From: Octopus vulgaris
Lineage: Eukaryota
Length of the DNA stretch: 64,000 nt
Reading direction: 5' to 3'
Assembly: GCA_951406725.2 (NCBI GenBank)
Contig: OX597820.1
Span: 100,006,001-100,070,000 of the forward strand
Numbering within the stretch: position 1 is the stretch's first letter; each line of letters opens with the position of its first letter. The notes under the pieces are model-generated. The model worked only from the letters and a program-made list of their open reading frames with translations. It was not told the DNA's origin and ran no database searches. Position numbers and translations under genes: made by a program. Positions 54,245 through 64,000 of the stretch are shown here, in pieces.

Positions 54245-54460
54245 TATTTCTTTACTACCCACAAGTGGTTAAACATAGTAATGCAATACGAGAGTATTTC
54301 TTTCCAGTAAAGAATGGAGGTAAGACAATTTTTCAAGTTTGTTGCACACACGCATTTTTGCTAGTACATACGCGGTGAAGCTATACATTAGCGTCGTATT
54401 TATTACGTTCGCTATTTTCCAGTAAATATCGGTACTTCGTTGTGCCATATATTTACTTAT
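52750..54460. repeat. Compound direct/inverted array of a 428-bp unit
   Basis: The unit restarts at 52750 and 53178. 52750-53214 is inverted at 53386-53837. Two more partial units at about 53911-54157 and 54278-54460 are separated by TA tracts. Confidence 0.9.
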
Positions 54461-55322
54461 ATATACATATATGTATATAAAACTAAGAATGTGTGTGTGT
54501 CTGTCTGTGTGTTTTCCTAAATCTTGATAACTACGCACCCAATTTCATTCAAATTTCACACATGCCTTATTTAGGGTCCGGGGAGTGTCATCGGCAAAAA
54601 AATGTTTAACTTCTTGCCTAGAGCGAGCACACAGCAGTACTATATCATCTCCACTATTTCAGTATTACGTGTTAAAAGTGAAACAAAAACATCTCTCTAT
54701 TGTATGTATATGGATGTATATATATATATATTACAAAATATAAAGTTATATCTTGAGATCGTTAGTGACAACAACGCTCAAAATATATAGCAGAGCTATA
54801 TATACTTTTTAATCCGAGGGGAGGCAATGTGAGCAGCAACTACAAAAGCACTACAAAATCCACAGAAAGATCAAACACATACATATATTCATATATTCAT
54901 TTATATCTACAGAACAGACATAAAGCCCGACGTTTAGAAATATATAGTAATATATAAATATAAAAACATCATATAAAAAATATATTGTACGCATACGATC
55001 CACTCGACGTTCCATAAGAAATTTAGAAATAAAAATTGCAAAAAAAGTTAGAGGTAATAATAACAATTGAATTAAATATAGTAAATATAGTAAGTAGTAA
55101 TTAAATATATTTTATTTTATTAAAATGGTAATTAAATCGTTATATAACAATTAAAAGGAAAAATAGCAATTAGTATAAAATGTATCAAGGACTTGAACTC
55201 GAATATGTGGCTTTGCATGAATGGGAGAAATTAAAAGATGAAAAATTTATTTGAGTGCAGAAGTGAATTAGTCCAGATCGAGATGTGCTTATACCATTTA
55301 CTATAGCTGCTAGATTGAATTA

Positions 55323-56485
55323 TCTTTATATATAAAAAACTGAGAATGTGTGTCTGTCTGTCTGACTGTCTGTCTGTCTGTGTGTTTCCCTAAAACTTGA
55401 GAACTACACAACCAATTTCATTCAAATTTTACACATGCCTTACACATGACCGGAGAGAGTCATCGCCCAAAAAAATTTTGAACTTTTTGACTAGGGCGAG
55501 CCCACAGCAATGTCATATCAACCAATTTCATTCAAATTTTACATATGCCTTACTTAGCGTCCATGTAGTTTCATGGGCAAAAAAAGTTCAAGTTCTTGCC
55601 TAGAGCGAGCCCATAGCAATATCATATCTTCTCCACTATTTCAGTATTGCGTGTTAAAAGTGAAACAAAAACATTTCTCTATTTTATGTCAGATACTTTC
55701 ACTTTAACAATAAAAATAAGAATAACAATTGAATTATATGTAGTAAGTAATAATTAAAATCAAACTAAAGTATATAATATAATCGTAATATAAAATGAAA
55801 ATAAAAATAGTAATTGGTATAACATTGCATCAATGACTTGAACTTGAATAAGTGGATTCCCATGAATGGGAATAAATTAAATATAAAATTGGCAAGCAGA
55901 AATGGAATAGTCCAGATGGATAATAAAAAATTAAATTAAAGAAAAGACTATTGTCTATAAAGTATACAGTGTAGAGAAGAAAGAAGATTTGAACACATGG
56001 AGGAAAGCACCTTCGAAAAGTGTCTTGGTGCGACTATGAAAGACATCTAATCAGAGGCGGTAAGTTCGCCACAATAGAAGCAAGGTTCGAGTCAACGGAG
56101 CGTGCAAGGGAGTACTCGACTAGAACTTGCAAAGTGGAATTTTTTCATTTTTACCTTTATATCTGGGACGTAGGACGTCCCGGTAAAAAAAAATTTAAAT
56201 GCCTCCCATCTAGAAGTAGAGGTAGGCTGGATTGTAGCCACACGTCTATACCAGAAGGAAGGACAAAATACAATTGATCGAAATTACAAGAGATGGATTA
56301 ACAATTCCAGTCTGTAATATATTTTGAGTATTGTTATCACTAGCGATATCAAGATATAACATTGTATTTTGTATTTTATGTGTAGATGTATATATATAGG
56401 TGTACATGTAATATGAACACATATATATACACATATATACATGCACTAGCATTATGACCCGGCGACGACGGGTCTTTAATGCTAG
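55323..56485 (+). mobile_element. Non-autonomous Helitron, family 1 (unit C copy; extra related 5' end at about 54470)
   Basis: Same termini as 3218-4478; hairpin gacccg-gcgacga-cgggtc then CTAG|T at 56482-56486. Confidence 0.75.
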
Positions 56486-56611
56486 TATGCTTATAAAGTA
56501 GCATTCAGTATCTAGAAGAATTTTTGGGAGTACGTAATGTCTGGTCTTTTGCGTGTAGCAGGTATGTAATTGTGCATTTGTTTCCGTGTACTATGTGTTG
56601 TGTGTAAAAAA

Positions 56612-56693
56612 CATCCTGACGAGGGGAGTGTCTATTTTAAATATATAATATATTTCATATTAATTGATGCATCTCCGAAACGGCCTGTAGATG
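56612..56693 (+). ncRNA. Type I hammerhead ribozyme-like motif, canonical core
   Basis: CATC-CTGACGA-GGGGA..TCTCC-GAAAC-ggcct-GTA-GATG gives stems I, II and a 2-bp stem III, with a GUA cleavage triplet. Confidence 0.65.
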
Positions 56694-56844
56694 AACTTTT
56701 AGGTATTTTTGTAAATTTGTATATTTATCTTCTATATATTTTTATCTGGAATTTTAATTCGTCTATTTAATATGTCGTTGTATGTTTTATTAGCCCAAAT
56801 TTTTAATTTAACAAATTTATACCAAACTAGCTAGTATATAGTGC

Positions 56845-56922
<78 letters not shown>

Positions 56923-56928
<6 letters not shown>

Positions 56929-57418
56929 ATACAAGTCAAAATAGAAAATGCTAAAATAATTTTATAAACAACATTTCAGTACCGGTTTCGGTCATTTTGA
57001 GACCTTTTCAACTGTAACGATTAAATAATTAAATTTGGAAAAATTAAAAGAAAAGTTTTTTTAAAGGAATATTTGTATAGTGTTTGAATATAAGTGGCAT
57101 TCTGCCTTTCTCTGTCTCCCTTGTTTGCACTTGTGTATTCAAGGCCGTTGTGAATTCTTGGTAGGGTAGAAGAAGAAGGTTGATGAAGAGAGGGGGTGGA
57201 AAAATTTGGGAGTGCCTTGATGGTCGTATTTTGAATGGTCAGTGGCGGCTTGCAGTTGCAGTTCAATTCAGGAGAATATTTCTATTGAAAGGTTTGTTTA
57301 TGGAATTTGCGTAGGTGTTATACTAAAAAGCATTAGTGATAAAGTTAGGAGGTAGAAGGTGGAGAAGAAGAAGATGACGATGTTGATGATGATGATGATG
57401 ATGAAGAAGAAGAAGAAG

Positions 57419-57450
<32 letters not shown>

Positions 57451-57504
57451 GAAGGAGAAGAAGAAGATGATGATGATGGTGACGATGATGACGACGATGA
57501 TGAT

Positions 57505-57539
<35 letters not shown>

Positions 57540-58730
57540 AGAAGAAGAAGAGAAGGAGAATATGAATGGGTGAAAGTAGTGAGGTGTTGTATGACTTGAA
57601 GTTGGCACGTTATGGATTATAGCTGTGATTGGGGCTGATTTGTAATGGATTCTTTGGAATGTAATATGTGTGTGTGTATTTCTTTTATTCTAAAGTTGAG
57701 GTATATTAATCGTTTGTCGTAGACCCGTTAAGAAGTGGCCTGTATTTTGTAATAAAGAGAGTTTCTTTACTTATTCGTTGTCTCGAGGTTGTATCGTCCC
57801 TAAATTGGTAGAGGGGGAAATCCTGAAGCTTGGTGTTTTGTTGTTGGCGCAAGTATCTATGTGTTGGCTGAAAGCTATTTTTCTGTTTTGGGGAATTTTT
57901 ATCTGGGATCTGTGCAGGGCCATTCTTTTACGCAAACTATTTTTTGTTTGGCCTACGTACTGCTCTTGACACCCGGAGCAGGTTAGTGAGTATATTAGGT
58001 TCTCCGAAGCACATGTGAAGTTGCTTTTCACTGTAAACCGTTGTCCCTGTTTGAAGGAGAACTCTGATCCCTCAATTAGATAATCGCATATCCCGCAATT
58101 GGGTCTCCCGCATTTTTTTACTGTCGGCTTCTGTGTTGAAGAGTGTATTCGGGCTTGTGTTAGGAGACTTTTCATAGATTTAGGCTGTCTCTTGCTTTTT
58201 ATGATCGTGTGTGTTTGGAGGATTGTGTTCATTCTGTGGTCTTGTTTTAGGAGGGGTATGTTGTGGAGGATGGTGCCGAAGGCTTCATTATTGAGAGGGT
58301 TGTGTGTGGAGATGTATGGTAAGGCTTTTGGTCGTAAGTTTTTCTTTGATTTGGGATGTCTCAGTTCCTTGATGTTAAGTTGAAGGGCATGTTGAATGCA
58401 CATGTCAATAAGTGAAGGTGGGTAGTTCCTGGTGATAAGGGTATCTTTTAGTTCTTGTAGTCGTGTGTCTCTGGTGTTTGCTTTAGAAACTATAGTGCAT
58501 ATCCTTTTTGCTAGATTGAAGGGGATATTCATCCTGGTGTGTCTGGGGTGGCATGAATTGAATGGAAGATATTGCTTAGAATCTGTAGGCTTATAATATA
58601 TGTCTGTTTCTATTACATTATTAGCTTTCTTAATGAGGATATCGAGGAAGGGGAGTTGTTGCTGGCTATATTCCAACGTGAATTGGATGTTTACGTCCAG
58701 TCCGTTTAAAATTTCTTGGAATTCTATGAG
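56923..58730 (-). mobile_element. 5'-truncated Penelope-like element of the same family, inserted in a (TA)n tract
   Basis: ORF 57771..58676 encodes the RT thumb and GIY-YIG; same 3' UTR and terminus as 26290-28150; absent from the paralogous site in unit A. Confidence 0.92.
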
Positions 58731-58731
58731 T

Positions 58732-58776
<45 letters not shown>

Positions 58777-58827
58777 TATACATACATAAGACACACACAT
58801 ATATATTATATATATATATTATATGTG

Positions 58828-58894
<67 letters not shown>

Positions 58895-58998
58895 GGATAG
58901 ATATATAGATAGATAGACAGACAGACAGGGACATAGATAGATAGACAGGCAGTCAGACAGATATATAGATAGATAGATATATAGATAGATAGACAGAC

Positions 58999-59052
<54 letters not shown>

Positions 59053-59094
59053 GCAGTCAGGCAGACAGACAAACAGGCAGTCAGGCAGACAGAG

Positions 59095-59161
<67 letters not shown>

Positions 59162-60196
59162 CAGACAGGCAGACATATATATAGATAGATATGACTGTGA
59201 TTTTGTAACTGTTTTCTTTTTATTTTTGCTTGTATTGTTAACGTATAAAAAAAACTGCTCCGCGTCGACAAGGATACGATTTGAATCCACGCTACAATAA
59301 GTTGCTATTCTCCGAACAACAAACTTCTAATCTACTACTGTCCTGAAAGCCCTCGATTGACTGAACGTTGCTAGCAAAACCATATGAAAGAATGCTTTAC
59401 TGTAAACGGAATGCACAAGGGGATCTTAGCTGATAATTTATTGTTCATCATCTGTTGAAAATAGTGACTGATGTGTGTTTGGCAAAATATGCTGTGATGT
59501 TAATTTAAGGCATGTTACACAGCTTTATAATACGTTTTTATCAATCCAGCTTCACAAACATGTATGTAAATTTCAGTTGTAAATACTGAGTGATAAGACA
59601 AAGGGAGCCACGCATTGCTCGTCACTCAAAAGCACAAAAGTCCAGATTTTATAATATTCTTAAATGATGTTAAAGACCAAATTCCTATAGACCAAGATAT
59701 ATGATAAAATGTGAGGCAACGAAAGAGATTCTTTGTAGTTGTTCGACATGTTAGGAATAGTAGTGAAATCACCCGCGAATTACATTTTAATGCTTAAAAT
59801 AGAGAGGGCGGGTGCTTTGGATAATATAATTCTAAATGTGCAATACACAAGAAAAGATCTAGATTAACGTGGGTGTGAATATCTGATTTTATACGTCTAC
59901 TTAATGGACGCTGGTCTCGCTCTTATCAGCAGTAAAAATACATGCTTAGTGTATTCTACTGTTTATTGATAAATCATTTTTTAAAAAAATGTATTCGCTA
60001 TTACAGTCTTGCATTCATAATTACGATGGTTAATTAAAGAGGGAATGATATTTCGGTGGAAAAATCTTTATAAAAAACAATTAAAGACATGTGAATTAAT
60101 TACAAAAAGTAAAAGAATCCATACTCGTTTCCATTAACACCAAAATATTTTATGAATTGTATTTATAAATTATATTTAAAAAAAATTACATAAATG

Positions 60197-61331
60197 TCAA
60201 ATTTTGAAATATATAATTGAGAACCTTCGAAAATATTTTCTTGTTTCGTAAAGTACAAAACATAGGATTATTGCTATAATTATCAGCCACACACGAATAT
60301 AAGATATTTCGTCTGTATTATGTTCAATATACAAAATTTCTCCTTGGTTCTTGGCGCTGCGATTAGCCAAAATGGTTAAAAGTTTTTCTTCTATAGCTTC
60401 CACGTGATTCCTATTACTTCTCTTATCAGTTACTGCAAACATTAGTACACTTGACACATAATCAGGTGAAGAAAATTTCTGAATAGGATTGTAAAATTCA
60501 TAAAATTTATTTGAGTAAGGTAGCTCTATATTCAATTTTTCTGCTAAAAGTCCATTCCAAGCATCATCAGGCATAAAAACATGGTTGTCCAACGCAGCAA
60601 TATACAGTTTATTAATTAGAAAAATATGTGCCACATAACCCACGCCATTACAAAATCGGGGAAAGCGCTTTCCTTTGTAAAGAATATTCTGAGGAACGTG
60701 TTTCACTTCGTGAAAGAATTTTATATTTCCTGGCCCTTCATGTCTGTAACAGGCTACAAAACGATCTTTACGTGTTGATTGAAGCAACTGATAATGGAGA
60801 TAAGGCACCAATTTGTATTGATCTACAAAAAGTTCATCGTTCATGACCATGACATAATCAGCGTTACCACAAAATTCTACACTCCATTTCCACGCCATTA
60901 TTGTTTTTAATGAAACATTAGTGTAGGACTCCATAAAATCTTCCTGAATGATATCTCTATACTTATTACTCTCGTTCTGAATTAAGGATTCTAATGTAGA
61001 ATTTTTTGTTTTACCAAATATGAAAACATGTCTATTTTTTTTGAGTAAGGATCATGCGGAATATCCAGGAATATTTCTCTTAGTATTTCCCGACGACCAA
61101 AATTGGTGTGAAAGCTTCTAACAATATAGAGAAGTAAAAGTCGTTCATGCCTAGAACAGAGATCTGGTTCATTGATAAGTCTTTTGAAGTTGTGTTTGTA
61201 AGGTCGTGGTTTATCATAATACTCATCTGGAACATTTGAATGCTTCGGTTTTTTTCTATAAGTCACTTTGGTATGTTTTAATATCGATGTTCTTTTATCG
61301 AAGTACGACTGTTCAAGAGCAAAACTTATAC
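60197..61331 (-). pseudogene. GT31-like paralog, copy C, frameshifted
   Basis: Near-identical to copy B. A net 7-bp loss near 61035 splits it into ORFs 60991..61353 and 60197..60934. Confidence 0.8.
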
Positions 61332-62514
61332 CTAAAAAGAAAAGAAATGCCAATTATGTATTACAAAAATCTAAAAAATATATTATGTATTACAATTATG
61401 TATTACAATTTATGCATTACAAAAATTTTTCAAAAGCATGAGTTCCAATTATATATTACAAAAATGTATATCATTAGCGCAGAGAAAATCAGGTTATTCT
61501 TCATTTGTTTTCAATAGCACTGTTCAATCATCACATTGAACTATCTCAAATTATTTCAATTTTTTAGATGGCACTCTTACATAAATAACTACTATCAGTA
61601 CTCGTGAAACTTCCTGAATTATTTTTAAAATTGTAACACAAAATTGTATATTTTTCTGAAATGATTGATTCTTGAGATGGTATAAAAATCCACATAGGTA
61701 GCATTGAAGACGCAGTCTCAAGAAACAACTTTTTTTGAAAGCTACATTCTTATGCTTAGTACTTTGTGAGTTATCTAATATTTTTCGCTTTATGCCAAGA
61801 AGTAAACAATATAAACTATGGAACAAAATTGAAGACATTATCTTCAATCATTATTCTGCTGCTGTACGTTGGTATGGATATGCATGGCTTAGTGCTTTGG
61901 GTGTGGCACTTACGAAGGCAACGCTGTGTTTTTGATTGCTGGACTGGTGATGCGTTGTGTTCTTGAGCAAAACACTTCATTTCACATTGTTCCAGTTCAC
62001 TCAGCTAACAAACATGAATAATTCTGCGACGGAGCGGTTTCCTGTCCAGGATACGATGTATATGCCACAGAGTTCGAGAAACCGGATTCATGAGTCAATG
62101 GTTCGGGAAAGACACTTGATCCTCCTTTTGGAGAGTATATTTGTAAAATTTCGACAAATCAGAATATGCTATTTGGAAAAGAAAACTATAAAAACGATTG
62201 ATCTTAAGCTTTCTTGTCTTTTCCTATTCCTAGTTTACATTGTATATCGTTGTCCCTATTTTATAAACAAGTATTCTTCGACTGAGCAAGCAAAATTTAA
62301 TAAGAATTAAACGCATGCATCAGAAGAGAGGTGATATAAAATATTTTCAAAAACATTAAAAACTACATTTTTTGCTGTCCAGCCACCACTGCTACCTCCA
62401 TTAAACTATATCCACCACTATCATCATTTAACGGCCGACCACCGGCACTATACTTATCACTAACAATGCTCAGTCTAAATTATTCGCCACTGAAGATCAT
62501 ACACACATACATAC

Positions 62515-62587
<73 letters not shown>

Positions 62588-62853
62588 TTAAATTTTTTTT
62601 TATTAAGCCACTTGGTGGTAAATGGATGTACTATTAAATTAGTATCCAATTTTCTGACCCTTATCGTTTGATAATATATATATCCCACTTCTGACAGATA
62701 ATTTTTTCCCCGTTACTTAGCGGTTCGGCAAAACAGACCGATAGAATAAGTACTGGGCTTACATAAGAATAAGTCCCAGGGTCGAGTTGCACGATTAAAA
62801 AGGCGGTGCTCCAGCATGGCCTCAGTCAAATGACTGAAACAAGCAAAAGAGAG

Positions 62854-62891
<38 letters not shown>

Positions 62892-63540
62892 GTCAGGAGA
62901 GATTCATTCTGTTTAAATGCCTTGTTAATTAACACAGTCACCGGTTGGATTTCCACTCATTTACTTACTTATTTTTTCAATAGTCATTGACTGTGTCCGT
63001 TATTGGAGCTGAGTTCTTTTTGTATGTTTGTTTGTGTGCATGTATATGCGTCAGTTTTGCATGTGTATACACATATGTATGAATGTATGTATATATATAC
63101 GTAGATATGTATGTATGTATTATGTATGTATGTGTTTGTGTATCCATATATATATATATATATGTATATGTATATGCTTGTGTACGTTTGTGTGTATGTA
63201 TTCTGCATATTCATGTGTTTGTGTGTTCATGTTTGTATGTTTGTGTGTGTATGTGTGTGCGTGTGTGTGTGCGTATTCTTCTATTTTATTCCTTTATTCT
63301 TTTATTTTATTCCTTATAAACTGTGAATTTTATTCCTTGTGAACTATAAATTTTCCCTGTCTAAAATATTCATACCTTGACAGATTACCCAGTGCACGGA
63401 CATGATTACCAACCACTTGGGTTAACCCAGAAACGGCTGAAAGACTTCAAATTCATCTTACCTTAATTAAATTATTCTAAATGACTTGAGATTCTCGTTC
63501 TGCCTTGGTTTTTATTTTCCTTCTAATATAATGAATGATA

Positions 63541-64000
63541 CTAGCTTAAGGTGACCCGCTCTACGCGCGGGAGATGTTTTGGTTGTTGGACCAATGTATT
63601 AATGTAGCATTAAGAACGAAGAGCTCATTTACATTTAATTTATAAAATATGAATACTTATTTTTTGAAATTGACAGTTAAAGCATGGAAAAATGTGCTTT
63701 AAGTATAGTTTAGAAAAATGGAGAAAAGATAGCGAATGAGGGATTATGTTAATGATTTTAATTTTTTCAGTAAAGTAAAATGTTAAACAATAAATTTTAA
63801 AGATGGAAACTTATCACCAGAAGGCAAACGAATAGCCCGTATTAGAAACATTTTTCTTTTGGGTCAAAAGGCTATTTAGTAATCAAAAAGTTACCCGAGC
63901 ATGTGCCTCCCTCTTTTGCAATTTCCTCACTCTAGCTCGGTGGTTTGATAAGTTGTAGCTCTTACGCATAGACATATCGAAAAGCAAATTTGAGAAATGA
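63541..64000 (-). mobile_element. Helitron family 2, 3' portion, unit C copy
   Basis: Terminus ctagcttaaggtgacccgctctacgcgcggg is identical to that at 9805. Confidence 0.7.

Larger units (their letters stand above)
54730..64000 (+). repeat. Segmental duplication unit C (runs off the window end)
   Basis: Direct copy of about 2626-10263, with a Penelope insertion in place of about 4895-5330. Confidence 0.9.

Overview
AT-rich, microsatellite-saturated animal genomic DNA. The SINE families and repeat landscape suggest an octopod cephalopod; this is an inference, not a database result. The only recognisable host gene is a minus-strand GT31 (beta-1,3-galactosyl/GlcNAc-transferase-like) coding exon. 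It is present three times inside segmental duplications (about 6.6-7.8, 35.0-36.2 and 60.2-61.3 kb), and only the middle copy is intact. The protein is atypical: it has a C-terminal transmembrane helix, and the family DDD motif is replaced by NDE. Bases 1-501 match the distal part of the same unit, implying a further copy upstream, and a gene-less inverted partial copy lies at about 46.8-51.5 kb. The rest is mobile DNA: two Penelope-like elements (RT + GIY-YIG), many short Penelope-terminus-like modules carrying hammerhead-ribozyme-like motifs and abutting (TA)n tracts, non-autonomous Helitrons (including a head-to-tail dimer), an ORF1-only L1/Tx1-like element, RTE fragments, a Ty3/Gypsy relic, MITEs, a long-TIR foldback element, tRNA-derived SINEs and several palindromes. 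All alignments were done by eye, so boundaries are approximate.
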